DNA of 47,339 nucleotides. Source: Bacteroidales bacterium (GTDB lineage Bacteria; Bacteroidota; Bacteroidia; Bacteroidales; Bacteroidaceae). The translations under genes and the position numbers were made by a program. The stretch covers positions 1-47,339 of the forward strand of contig JALFTM010000132.1 of assembly GCA_022788345.1 (NCBI GenBank), in the 5' to 3' direction. This document shows positions 8,398 to 18,256 of the stretch, in pieces. Within the stretch, counting starts at the first letter, position 1. Each line of letters starts with the position of its first letter. The notes beneath the pieces were generated by a model. That model was not told the origin of the DNA, did no database searches, and saw only the letters and a program-made list of their open reading frames with translations.

Positions 8398-9075
8398 ATG
8401 CGAATAGACATCATCACAGTCCTTCCCGAAATGTTGGAAGGGTTCGTCAATAATTCCATCTTAGCACGTGCCCAAAAGAAAGGGCTCGTTGAGATTGTTG
8501 TACACCAATTGCGCGACTATTCTACCGACAAGTTTCGACGTGTCGACGATTACCCTTATGGTGGATTTGCTGGCATGGTTATCCAATGCCAACCTATTGA
8601 CGAATGCATTTCCGCATTGTTGGCAGAGCGAGAGTACGATGAAATTATCTTCACATCACCCGATGGCCAAACCTTCGATCAGCCGATGGCCAACGAACTT
8701 TCGCTGAAGAAAAATATCATTATCCTTTGCGGACACTATAAAGGGATAGATTTTCGCATCCGTGAGCATTTGATTACAAAAGAAATCAGTGTTGGCGATT
8801 ATGTACTAACTGGCGGAGAGATTGCTGCTGCCGCCATTGCCGATGCCGTTGTCCGCTTGGTGCCGGGAGTCTTGAGCGATGAGCAAAGCGCACTTTCCGA
8901 CTCGTTCCAAGACAATTTGTTGGCAGCACCTGTGTACACACGCCCTGCTGAATATAAAGGCTGGAAGGTGCCAGAGGTTCTGCTTTCAGGTCATGCCGCT
9001 AAAATTCACGAATGGGAAATGGCACAGTCGCTCGAACGCACCAAGCGTTTGCGCCCAGACCTTTTAGACAAATAA
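8398..9075 (+). CDS. trmD: tRNA (guanine37-N1)-methyltransferase
   Basis: [39 protein letters not shown]; start MRIDIIT at 8398. Confidence 0.97.
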   Translation: MRIDIITVLPEMLEGFVNNSILARAQKKGLVEIVVHQLRDYSTDKFRRVDDYPYGGFAGMVIQCQPIDECISALLAEREYDEIIFTSPDGQTFDQPMANELSLKKNIIILCGHYKGIDFRIREHLITKEISVGDYVLTGGEIAAAAIADAVVRLVPGVLSDEQSALSDSFQDNLLAAPVYTRPAEYKGWKVPEVLLSGHAAKIHEWEMAQSLERTKRLRPDLLDK

Positions 9076-9150
9076 TTCATCACTCTATGGATGAGCTTTT
9101 GACAGCAACACTTTCCATCAAGGCTATCAGGTGAGATTCAAAACCAAAAT

Positions 9151-11529
9151 ATGAGAAAGAAACTACTCAAATACTTATGGGCAGGCTTTGGAGGGCTTGT
9201 GCTCTTCGTTATAGCTATTTTCTTCACAATTCATCAAGGCTGGATCGGTTATATGCCACCAATTGATGAATTGCAAAATCCTATTAGTAAGTTTGCCTCT
9301 CAAATCATTACCTCCGATGGCAAGGTCATCGGCACATGGTCGGAGAACGCAAACCGTATATTTATTGACTATGACAGCATTTCGCCCAATGTATTCAAGG
9401 CACTTGTAGCCACTGAAGACGAGCGTTTCTATGATCACTCTGGCATTGATGCACGGGCTGTTGGACGTGCAGTTGTGAAGCGTGGCATCTTGCGCCAAGA
9501 AAACGCAGGCGGTGGTAGCACCATCACACAACAATTGGCCAAGCAACTCTATTCGGGGAAAGTTTCCAATCAGTTTCAACGTCTCTTTCAGAAACCCATC
9601 GAATGGGTCATTGCTGTTGAGCTGGAACGCCACTATACCAAAGAAGAGATATTGACATTGTATCTCAACTACTTCGATTTTCTACACAACGCTGTCGGCA
9701 TCAAAACAGCAGCTGAAGTCTACTTCCACAAACATCCTCGTGATTTGACCATCAACGAGGCAGCTCTCCTTGTCGGAATGTGCAAAAATCCTTCCTACTT
9801 CAACCCTGTCAGCCACAACGATCGCGCCTTGGATCGTCGCAATGTGGTGTTACAACAAATGGTTAAAGCAGGCTATTTATCTGAAGCTGAATATCAAGAA
9901 AACAGCGCAGAACCTATTAAGTTGCGTTTCCGCCGTATCGACCACAAAAACGGCGATGCTCCCTATTTGCGCGAATATCTGCGTCGCATCATGATGGCAC
10001 AAAAGCCTGAACCAAGCAACTATCCAGAATGGCAACGACAACAGTTCTATGAAGATAGTGTCGCTTGGGAGAATGACCCACTCTACGGTTGGTGCAATAA
10101 GAACACAAAGCGTGATGGTTCACCTTACAACATCTATACAGATGGTTTGAAGGTATACACCACGGTGGATTCTCGTATACAGAAATACGCAGAGCAAAGC
10201 GTACGCCAACAAATGGAGAAAGTGCTACAGCCCGAATTCAACAAACAGCGTAGCCTCAGTTCCAACTTCCCATATAGCAATAACTTAACAGCCAATCAAG
10301 TGGCTAACATCTTACGACGCGCCATGCGCCAGTCGGAGCGTTATCGTGTTTTGAAGAGCAACAACGCTTCTGAAGAGGAGATACGTCGTTCTTTCAATAC
10401 GCCTACGGAGATGACTGTATTTAGCTATCGCGGTGATTTGGACACCATCATGACACCGCTCGACTCCATTCGTTACTACAAATCAATACTCCGTGCCTCT
10501 ATGGTATCTATGGACCCAACAAATGGACATATAAAAGCCTATGTTGGTGGATTGGACTATAAGTATTTCCAATACGATATGGGAATGATGGGTCGGCGTC
10601 AAGTAGGGTCTACCATCAAGCCTTTGGTTTATGCCATGGCCATGGATGCAGGCTATACCCCCAATAGTACGATTCGTAACGTACAGCGCACTTATATGGT
10701 GAGCGGTCGTCCTTGGACACCGCGCAATGCAGGACGTTCACGCTATGGATCGAATGTGACGCTAATGTGGGGCTTGACGCAATCGAACAACTGGGTAACG
10801 GCCGAACTCATGCACCAAGTAGACCCTCGTGGCGACCAATTCATTCGCTACTTGGAAAGCTTTGGCATTTCTCTCGACCATGTCTATCCCTCTATTGTAC
10901 AGTGTCTTGGTCCAAGCGACATCAAAGTGGTAGAAATGGCCACAGCCTACACGACCTTCGCCAATGATGGCATTCGATGCGCCCCCATATTGGTAAGTCG
11001 TATAGAGGATAGCCAAGGAAACATTGTCGCTGAATTTACGCCACGCACCAAAGAAGTTATCAGCGAACAAAGTGCAGAGTACATGTTAAGTATGCTTCGT
11101 GGCGTTGTAGACCATGGCACAGGCGGTCGCTTGCGCTCTCGCTATGACTTCACTGCGCCTGCTGGCGGTAAAACAGGTACGACCAATAACAATTCCGATG
11201 GCTGGTTTGTGGGTTTTACACCTCGTTTGGTAAATGCTTGTTGGGTGGGTGGCGATGACCGCGACATTCGTTTCTATTCTACCAGCGAGGGACAAGGAGC
11301 TGCCACAGCTCTCCCTATTTGGGCCTTGTTTATGAAAAAAGTTTACGGAGACAAACTCTTAGGGTATGATCCGCAAGAAGATTTTGGTAAAAAGGAGAAA
11401 TCAAAAACCTCTGGAGGCTCTGCGCCAAGGCGGAAAAGCCATCAAGACGAAGAGGATGCAACTCCAAGTGATCCTCTACCACAGGGAAATCCGCCTAAAA
11501 GCGAATCTGTAGACAACTTATTTGATTAA
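9151..11529 (+). CDS. mrcA: Class A penicillin-binding protein 1A (transglycosylase-transpeptidase)
   Basis: N-terminal TM; EDERFYDH.G and GGSTITQQLAK (GT51); STIK, SNN and KTG transpeptidase motifs. Confidence 0.93.
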   Translation: MRKKLLKYLWAGFGGLVLFVIAIFFTIHQGWIGYMPPIDELQNPISKFASQIITSDGKVIGTWSENANRIFIDYDSISPNVFKALVATEDERFYDHSGIDARAVGRAVVKRGILRQENAGGGSTITQQLAKQLYSGKVSNQFQRLFQKPIEWVIAVELERHYTKEEILTLYLNYFDFLHNAVGIKTAAEVYFHKHPRDLTINEAALLVGMCKNPSYFNPVSHNDRALDRRNVVLQQMVKAGYLSEAEYQENSAEPIKLRFRRIDHKNGDAPYLREYLRRIMMAQKPEPSNYPEWQRQQFYEDSVAWENDPLYGWCNKNTKRDGSPYNIYTDGLKVYTTVDSRIQKYAEQSVRQQMEKVLQPEFNKQRSLSSNFPYSNNLTANQVANILRRAMRQSERYRVLKSNNASEEEIRRSFNTPTEMTVFSYRGDLDTIMTPLDSIRYYKSILRASMVSMDPTNGHIKAYVGGLDYKYFQYDMGMMGRRQVGSTIKPLVYAMAMDAGYTPNSTIRNVQRTYMVSGRPWTPRNAGRSRYGSNVTLMWGLTQSNNWVTAELMHQVDPRGDQFIRYLESFGISLDHVYPSIVQCLGPSDIKVVEMATAYTTFANDGIRCAPILVSRIEDSQGNIVAEFTPRTKEVISEQSAEYMLSMLRGVVDHGTGGRLRSRYDFTAPAGGKTGTTNNNSDGWFVGFTPRLVNACWVGGDDRDIRFYSTSEGQGAATALPIWALFMKKVYGDKLLGYDPQEDFGKKEKSKTSGGSAPRRKSHQDEEDATPSDPLPQGNPPKSESVDNLFD

Positions 11530-11536
11530 GCATCCT

Positions 11537-12298
11537 ATGACTCAGTTTATCGCCATCATTCCTGCACGTTACGCTTCTACGCGCTTTCCAGGAAAGCCCT
11601 TGGCTCTCTTGGAAGGAAAAACTATCTTGCAACGGGTTTACGAGCGTGTCATGGTAGTTTTTGACTCTGTCGTTGTGGCCACAGATGATGAACGCATAGC
11701 CAATCATGTTGAAAGCTTTGGTGGTAGAGTCGTCATGACGGGTACGCATCATCAAAGTGGTACAGATCGTTGCTTTGAGGCTTATCAAAAAATAGGAGAA
11801 CAGGCAGATGTCGTTGTCAATGTACAAGGCGATGAACCTTTCATTGCCACTTCTCAGCTTGAACAGCTCAAAGCGTGTTTCTCTGAAGCAACAACCCAAA
11901 TAGCTACGCTCATTAAACCTTTTACGGAAAGCGACAGCTGGGAAAGTTTATCCAATCCCAACACTCCTAAGGTCGTCGTTAATGACCGCTTTGAGGCCAT
12001 GTATTTCAGCCGGTCGGTAATTCCTTTTGTCAGAGGAGTGGCACAGAACGAATGGCTTCAAAAACACACGTTCTATAAACACATCGGACTTTATGCTTAT
12101 CGTGCAGAAGTTTTAGAGCGACTCGTAACTTTGCCACAAAGCACTTACGAGAAAATAGAAAGTCTTGAACAACTTCGCTGGCTACAAGCAAACTATAAAA
12201 TTCAAACAGCCATCACAACAGAAGAGACCATAGGTATTGACACGCCTGAAGACTTGGAGCGTGCAAAAGCCTTTTTGGCGACTTCCCCTACCCCATAA
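11537..12298 (+). CDS. kdsB: CMP-Kdo synthetase
   Basis: IIPARYASTRFPGKPL, SGTDR, NVQGDEP, KHIGLYAY, LEQLR. Confidence 0.96.
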   Translation: MTQFIAIIPARYASTRFPGKPLALLEGKTILQRVYERVMVVFDSVVVATDDERIANHVESFGGRVVMTGTHHQSGTDRCFEAYQKIGEQADVVVNVQGDEPFIATSQLEQLKACFSEATTQIATLIKPFTESDSWESLSNPNTPKVVVNDRFEAMYFSRSVIPFVRGVAQNEWLQKHTFYKHIGLYAYRAEVLERLVTLPQSTYEKIESLEQLRWLQANYKIQTAITTEETIGIDTPEDLERAKAFLATSPTP

Positions 12299-12313
12299 AA
12301 TAAACAATTGAAG

Positions 12314-13420
12314 ATGAAAGCAAAACTTTTCTCTTATATACTATTGTGTGGCACACTCACTGTTTCCGCACAAAAGCTCGAAGTAGGCACTTATACCTTC
12401 AAGGATGGAGGTATCTACTCTGGAACGCTTGTCAGTGGGCGCCCTAATGGCAAAGGAAAAACCCGTTATGCCGATGGAAGCACCTATGATGGCGAATACT
12501 TCAAGGGGCAACGCCATGGAGAAGGCGTGTTCACATCTGCCAAGGGAGAACGCTATGAGGGCGATTGGGTAAAGGACGAACGCAATGGGCGTGGTGTCTA
12601 CTACGCTGTAAACAACAATCGCTACGAAGGTCTTTGGTATCGCAACATGAAAAAGGGACAAGGTAAAATGTTCTATTATAATGGCGATATATACGAAGGC
12701 AACTGGGAAAACGATAAACGTAACGGCAAGGGGAAATACACCTATAAGAGTGGCGCTTTCTACGAAGGCAACTGGGTAAACGATCAGAAGTCGGGCGAAG
12801 GAGTTTTCGACTGGAACGATGGTTCAAAGTATAATGGTACTTGGGTGGCCAACCTTCGCAATGGCCGAGGAGCTTATTACTATGCAGATGGCGACGTTTA
12901 CACTGGTGAATGGAAGGACGACATGCAACACGGACGTGGTATTTACATGTTCAAAAACGGTGACAAATACGAAGGGGCTTATGCCTATGGCCAACGCACA
13001 GGGGAAGGTGTTTTTTCTTTCAAGAATGGTGACAAATACGTTGGCAACTTCCTCAATGGCGAACAGAGTGGGAAGGGCGTTTTCACATGGCGAGAAGGTG
13101 CTGTGTATGATGGCACTTGGCAAAACGACAAGCGCAATGGCTTTGGCCGATATAAATGGAAAAACGGCGATGTCTATGAGGGCTATTGGAAAGACAACCT
13201 CATGGAGGGCGAAGGCACACTCTCTTTTGCAAATGGTGATAAATTCAAAGGCAGTTTCAAAGGTGGTGAGCGTCACGGCCGTGGCATAGAAGTAAAAGCA
13301 GACGGCACACGTATCGTCTGCAACTATGAAATGGGACGGAAAGATGGCGACTACAAAGAATACGATCGCAATGGTAACCTCGTCAAAGAGGGTACTTATC
13401 GCAATGGACGTTTGAACTAA
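12314..13420 (+). CDS. Exported MORN-repeat protein
   Basis: Signal peptide ending VSA-Q; about 13-14 tandem 23-aa YEGxWxxxxRxGxG repeats. Confidence 0.9.
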   Translation: MKAKLFSYILLCGTLTVSAQKLEVGTYTFKDGGIYSGTLVSGRPNGKGKTRYADGSTYDGEYFKGQRHGEGVFTSAKGERYEGDWVKDERNGRGVYYAVNNNRYEGLWYRNMKKGQGKMFYYNGDIYEGNWENDKRNGKGKYTYKSGAFYEGNWVNDQKSGEGVFDWNDGSKYNGTWVANLRNGRGAYYYADGDVYTGEWKDDMQHGRGIYMFKNGDKYEGAYAYGQRTGEGVFSFKNGDKYVGNFLNGEQSGKGVFTWREGAVYDGTWQNDKRNGFGRYKWKNGDVYEGYWKDNLMEGEGTLSFANGDKFKGSFKGGERHGRGIEVKADGTRIVCNYEMGRKDGDYKEYDRNGNLVKEGTYRNGRLN

Positions 13421-13464
13421 AAGAAGACATTTCTACTTTGTAATACTTTCTAAAGAACAACACC

Positions 13465-15483
13465 ATGACATCTACTTCTCTTCTTAAAATCTTAAAGGAC
13501 GACGAATGGTTGCGTCCTTTTGAAGCTGCGATTGTTGGCCGACACAACGCTGTTATAACTAAGCAAGAGGAGCTTACCAAAGGGAAGAGTTTGTCTGAGT
13601 TCGCTACTGGACATCTCTATTATGGTTTGCATCGCACTGCCGACTGCTGGATTATCAGAGAGTGGGCACCTTGCGCTACGAGCATCTTCCTTATTGGCGA
13701 CTTTAATGAATGGGAAAAGCGTTCAGAATATGCGTTCCAACGCCTTAATGATCATGGAGACTGGGAACTACGCTTACCATTAACAGCTTTACACCACCTT
13801 GATTTATACAAAATTCATGTGCAATGGAACGGTGGAGAGGGAGAACGTATCCCTGCTTGGTGTCAGCGTGTTGTGCAGGACGAGGTCACAAAGATTTTTT
13901 CAGCCCAAGTATGGTCGCCAGATCGAACATTCAAGTTTTTGCATAAAGCCCCTCAGCGCCCCTCAACGCCTTTACTTATTTACGAGTGCCATATCGGTAT
14001 GGCGCAGCAAGAGGAGAAAGTTGGCACTTATGCCGAATTTCAAGAAAAGATACTGCCACGTATTGTCGCAGATGGCTACAATTGCATTCAAATCATGGCT
14101 ATCCAAGAACACCCCTATTATGGGAGTTTTGGTTACCATGTTTCCAACTTTTTTGCTCCCAGCAGTCGCTTTGGCACTCCCACCGAGTTGAAAGAACTCA
14201 TTGATGAAGCACACAGACTTGGCCTGCTTGTCATCATGGATATGGTACAAAGCCATGCTGTGAAAAACGAGCTTGAAGGTTTGGGAAATCTTGCAGGCGA
14301 CCCCTATCAATACTTTTATAAGGGCAGTCGCCGTGAGCATCCAGCTTGGGACAGCCTTTGTTTTGACTATGGTAAGAATGAGGTTATTCACTTCCTCCTC
14401 TCCAATTGTAAGTATTGGCTCACAGAGTATAATTTCGATGGTTTCCGTTTCGACGGAGTGACATCTATGCTTTATTATAGCCATGGGCTTGGAGAAGCTT
14501 TCTGTGGCTACCAAGACTACTATAATGGACATCAAGACGATAATGCGATTTGTTATCTGACTTTGGCCAACCTCCTCATCCATGAAGTGAAGCCTGAAGC
14601 CATTACCATAGCTGAGGACGTTTCAGGAATGCCCGGTTTGGCCACTCCTTTTACAGACGGAGGAATGGGCTTCGACTATCGGTTGGCAATGAACATCCCC
14701 GATTATTGGATAAAACTTATCAAGGAACAGAAAGACGAGAACTGGAAGCCCAGCTCCATCTTTTGGGAAATGACAAATCGGCGTCGTGGCGAGCGCAACA
14801 TCTCCTACTGCGAGAGCCACGACCAAGCCTTAGTAGGCGATAAAACGATTATCTTCCGTCTGATTGATGCCGATATGTACTGGCACTTCAAGAAAGGCGA
14901 CGAGAACGACATCGCTCATCGTGGCATTGCTTTGCACAAGATGATTCGTCTCGTGACCCTCTCCACGGTCAATGGTGGTTATCTCAACTTCATGGGTAAT
15001 GAATTCGGCCACCCAGAATGGATTGACTTTCCGCGTGAGGGAAACACTTGGAGTCATCAATATGCACGTCGTCAATGGAACTTGGTAGACAATAAAGAGC
15101 TTTGTTACCATTGGCTGGGCGATTTCGATCGCTGTATGCTCGAAGTTATCAAGAGTGAGCCTCACCTACAAGACTTACCTGTTGTCGAAGTGTGGCACAA
15201 TGATGGTGACCAAATCCTCGCTTACACACGCGGTGAATTACTTTTTGTCTTCAACTTTAATCCAGTGCGCTCGTACACCGATTATGGCTTCATGACACAA
15301 GAAGGTTGCTATCAAGTTGTCCTCAATACAGATGCGCATGAGTTTGGAGGCAATGGCTTGGCCGATGACACGATTGAGCACTTCACCCTACCAGATCCAC
15401 TTCTTCAAAAGGAGAAGAAAGGATGGTTGAAGCTTTATATACCAGCCCGCTCAGCTGTGGTATTAAGGCGCAAACAAGAATAG
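13465..15483 (+). CDS. glgB: 1,4-alpha-glucan branching enzyme (GH13)
   Basis: EWAP CBM48 region, IYECHIGM, SFGYHVSNFF, FDGFRFDGVTSM, IAEDVSG, ESHDQAL. Confidence 0.95.
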   Translation: MTSTSLLKILKDDEWLRPFEAAIVGRHNAVITKQEELTKGKSLSEFATGHLYYGLHRTADCWIIREWAPCATSIFLIGDFNEWEKRSEYAFQRLNDHGDWELRLPLTALHHLDLYKIHVQWNGGEGERIPAWCQRVVQDEVTKIFSAQVWSPDRTFKFLHKAPQRPSTPLLIYECHIGMAQQEEKVGTYAEFQEKILPRIVADGYNCIQIMAIQEHPYYGSFGYHVSNFFAPSSRFGTPTELKELIDEAHRLGLLVIMDMVQSHAVKNELEGLGNLAGDPYQYFYKGSRREHPAWDSLCFDYGKNEVIHFLLSNCKYWLTEYNFDGFRFDGVTSMLYYSHGLGEAFCGYQDYYNGHQDDNAICYLTLANLLIHEVKPEAITIAEDVSGMPGLATPFTDGGMGFDYRLAMNIPDYWIKLIKEQKDENWKPSSIFWEMTNRRRGERNISYCESHDQALVGDKTIIFRLIDADMYWHFKKGDENDIAHRGIALHKMIRLVTLSTVNGGYLNFMGNEFGHPEWIDFPREGNTWSHQYARRQWNLVDNKELCYHWLGDFDRCMLEVIKSEPHLQDLPVVEVWHNDGDQILAYTRGELLFVFNFNPVRSYTDYGFMTQEGCYQVVLNTDAHEFGGNGLADDTIEHFTLPDPLLQKEKKGWLKLYIPARSAVVLRRKQE

Positions 15484-15720
15484 TTGGTTCAGCACAAGCC
15501 CTTGACAAGTACGAGGCACTTTAAGATGGAACTCATAATGTCCATAACAGAAGCGGCGTGGGCGAAAGCCATTACCATTATCTGCTGTTTCATCAAGAAA
15601 CATGCTCCTTTCGTATAGCACCAAGCTATTGAGGATTACCTCGATGAGCTTATAAAAACTATCAGAGCTACTTGTAGCTTTGAGGATAAATTCCGAAATT
15701 TGTTCACGTGTAAGTTCCAT
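15463..15720 (-). pseudogene. IS256 transposase fragment (85 codons, tail runs into the glgB antisense strand)
   Basis: Similarity ends near LKVPRT; far shorter than a full ~400-aa transposase. Confidence 0.75.
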
Positions 15721-15794
15721 TATTCTGTCTACTTTTTAGTTCGCACCTCTAAGATACGAATTTTGGAACTTACACACTTTTTGGAGACACTACC
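15495..15794 (-). mobile_element. Truncated IS256-family element (left end and transposase N-terminus)
   Basis: End sequence GGTAGTGTCTCCAAAAAGTGTGTAAGT (15794-15768) resembles IS256-type inverted repeats. ORF from 15720 carries ...ER...NGFRPR...LKVPRT, typical of Mutator/IS256 N-termini. No DDE domain or second end. Inner boundary approximate. Confidence 0.8.
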
Positions 15795-15812
15795 CATATC
15801 GTTGAGATTTCG

Positions 15813-15820
15813 TAACTTTG
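15813..15820 (+). promoter_or_regulatory. -7 box TAACTTTG
   Basis: Exact TAnnTTTG, 7 nt before ATG 15828. Confidence 0.6.
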
Positions 15821-15827
15821 CTTCATA

Positions 15828-16340
15828 ATGAAAGAAGAACAACAAATATATGCTCCTCAAGTGCTGGAATTTATCACTATCAGCACCGAATTATGCAAGC
15901 AGTTAGAGCTGTGTCATGAGGCAGAACGCAAGTCATTCATAGAAGTCATGTGTAAACTCTTACCTATGGTCTATGTGAAGGCGGCTTTAGTTGGTAGCGT
16001 GGAAGAGGCTTCAGGTTACAACCAAGAATATGTAACAGAAGAAGATTATAATTTCATTCGCTCCTCTGTGGCCAACATCATGGGAGCAGAGGATGAGTAT
16101 CTTGACACTTTTAAGGAAGACTTCAAATACTCTGAGCAACCCATACTTTGTGCCATTAGTGAAAGTTTAGCTGATATTTACCAACCGCTTCGCAACCTCG
16201 TGGAAATTTACCGCCAAGGTTACGATGATGCCATGGAGGTGGCTCTCTTCGATGCGATGGAGCAATTCAAACTCTACTGGGGACAAACCTTGCTCAATGT
16301 GTTGCGCGCTTTGCACGCCGTACGCTATAACGAGGCTTAG
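15828..16340 (+). CDS. DUF5063-like conserved Bacteroidales protein
   Basis: Acidic helical protein with LLPMVYVKA, ISESLADIYQ and YWGQTLLNVLRALH; family call from memory. Confidence 0.75.
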   Translation: MKEEQQIYAPQVLEFITISTELCKQLELCHEAERKSFIEVMCKLLPMVYVKAALVGSVEEASGYNQEYVTEEDYNFIRSSVANIMGAEDEYLDTFKEDFKYSEQPILCAISESLADIYQPLRNLVEIYRQGYDDAMEVALFDAMEQFKLYWGQTLLNVLRALHAVRYNEA

Positions 16341-16344
16341 ACGC

Positions 16345-16962
16345 ATGAAGAAGTTATTCGTCAATACGCCTAAGGATGTCGTTGCCAAACTGCCTCGTGC
16401 CGAGTATCAAGGACGCATTGTTGTAGTGCAGTCTGTTGAGGAATGTCGCCGTGCTGTACGCGCCTTGAGTCAGTCAAGCATTTTAGGTTTTGATTCAGAA
16501 ACGCGCCCCAATTTCAAGAAAGGGCGGATGCACAAGGTCGCACTCATCCAAATTTGTGATGATACGACTTGTTTTCTTTTTCGGGTTAATCAGTTTGGTC
16601 TTCCAATTGAGTTGGTCGACCTACTTTCACGCACAGACATTCTCAAAGTAGGGCTCTCTCTAAAGGACGACTTCCAGCAGTTGCGCAGTCGTCAAGCCTT
16701 TACGCCGGGCGGATTTATTGACTTGCAACAAACTGCCAAAGACATGGGACTTCAAGATATGAGTTTACAGAAGCTGTATGCCAACTTTTGTGGTGAACGC
16801 ATATCTAAGTCGGCACAGCTAACCAACTGGGAGGCCGATGTGCTCACTCCTGCACAAAAGTCCTATGCAGCTTTCGATGCTTATGCTTGCCTGCGACTCT
16901 ATCATGAAATGGGACGTTTGCAACAGACTGGCCAATTCTCCTTGGTGGAATCGGCCATTTGA
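16345..16962 (+). CDS. DEDDy 3'-5' exonuclease (WRN/RNase D-like)
   Basis: ExoI GFDSET, ExoII KDD, ExoIII YAAFDA, and TNWE; start MKKLF at 16345. Confidence 0.9.
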   Translation: MKKLFVNTPKDVVAKLPRAEYQGRIVVVQSVEECRRAVRALSQSSILGFDSETRPNFKKGRMHKVALIQICDDTTCFLFRVNQFGLPIELVDLLSRTDILKVGLSLKDDFQQLRSRQAFTPGGFIDLQQTAKDMGLQDMSLQKLYANFCGERISKSAQLTNWEADVLTPAQKSYAAFDAYACLRLYHEMGRLQQTGQFSLVESAI

Positions 16963-17020
16963 GGTTATGAAAACAGAAACTTAAAGTTAAACAGAACGCA
17001 ATTCATATATATTCTCACGA

Positions 17021-18199
17021 ATGAAAACCATCACGCTCCGACGAGGCAAAGCCGAAAGTTTGAAACGCTTCCATCCTTGGATATTCTCTGGTGCGATAGA
17101 GCGCGCCGATGAACATTTAGAAGAAGGCGAACTCGTGCGCATTGTAGACTTCGAGGGTAAATTCCTCGCCATTGGCCATTGTCAAATTGGTTCTATCGCA
17201 GTACGCGTTCTTACCTTTGAAGAAGAACCCATCAACGAGGCTTTTTGGGAAAGTCGCTTACGCAAGGCTTTTGCCGTGCGCAAGGCAGAAGGCTTAGTGC
17301 ACGAACAAAGTAACGATATTTATCGGCTCGTTCACGGAGAAGGTGATCGTCTCCCAGGCTTAGTGGTCGATGTCTATGAAGATACGGCCGTCATGCAAGC
17401 ACATAGCGTGGGGATGCACTTGGCACGTCATACAATAGCCAAAGCTTTAGTAGAAGCCTCGGAGGGCTTAATCAAGCACGTTTATTATAAATCCGAGACA
17501 ACGCTACCATTCAAAGCCGACTTGGGACAGGAAAATGAGTTCTTAATTGGACAAACAGATCGTAACATTGCCAGCGAGTATGGTTTGAAGTTTTACATTG
17601 ATTGGTTGCGTGGCCAAAAGACAGGCTTCTTCATTGACCAACGAGAAAATCGTCGCCTATTGGAGCATTATGCCAAAGGACGTAGGGTGCTCAACATGTT
17701 CTGCTATACGGGGGGCTTCTCTGTTTATGCTCTACGGGGCGGAGCGGAGGTGGTGCACTCCGTTGATAGTAGTGCCAAGGCTGTGGAATTGACCAAATCC
17801 AATGCGGCGCTCAATTTTCCTAACGATCACCGACATGAGGCTTATGCCGAAGATGCTTTTAAGTATCTTGAACGGATGGGAAGCGAATACGACCTCATCG
17901 TCTTAGACCCTCCAGCCTTTGCCAAACACAAAGGAGCGTTGCGCAATGCTATCAAAGGTTATACCCGCCTCAATGCTATTGCTTTTGAGAAGATCAAACC
18001 TGGGGGTATCCTATTCACTTTCAGCTGTTCACAAGCCGTGGATAAAGAACAGTTCCGATTAGCTGTATTTACGGCAGCTGCTCGTTCTGGACGTCATGTG
18101 CGCCTGCTTCATCAGCTCCACCAGCCAGCAGACCACCCCATCAGCATCTATCATCCTGAAGGTGAATACTTGAAAGGTCTTGTCCTGCAAGTTGACTAA
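17021..18199 (+). CDS. rlmI: RlmI-like class I SAM-dependent rRNA methyltransferase
   Basis: PUA N-terminus HPWIFSG, GEGDRLPGL, GQKTGFFIDQRENR, FCYTGGFS, LDPPAF, FSCS, EGEYLK. Confidence 0.9.
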   Translation: MKTITLRRGKAESLKRFHPWIFSGAIERADEHLEEGELVRIVDFEGKFLAIGHCQIGSIAVRVLTFEEEPINEAFWESRLRKAFAVRKAEGLVHEQSNDIYRLVHGEGDRLPGLVVDVYEDTAVMQAHSVGMHLARHTIAKALVEASEGLIKHVYYKSETTLPFKADLGQENEFLIGQTDRNIASEYGLKFYIDWLRGQKTGFFIDQRENRRLLEHYAKGRRVLNMFCYTGGFSVYALRGGAEVVHSVDSSAKAVELTKSNAALNFPNDHRHEAYAEDAFKYLERMGSEYDLIVLDPPAFAKHKGALRNAIKGYTRLNAIAFEKIKPGGILFTFSCSQAVDKEQFRLAVFTAAARSGRHVRLLHQLHQPADHPISIYHPEGEYLKGLVLQVD

Positions 18200-18256
18200 A
18201 ATCAACTTCCCCATTTACTTTCACCGACACGCATCCTCTCTTTTTTCTTTACGACA

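Noticed and set aside
12314-13420. MORN gene as a DGR target, toxin or PIP kinase
   Set aside because: Repeats are at protein level with diverged codons; no reverse transcriptase, template repeat, toxin or kinase domain
16967-16984. Mini-ORF MKTET between the exonuclease and rlmI
   Set aside because: Five codons; expected by chance and has no supporting structure
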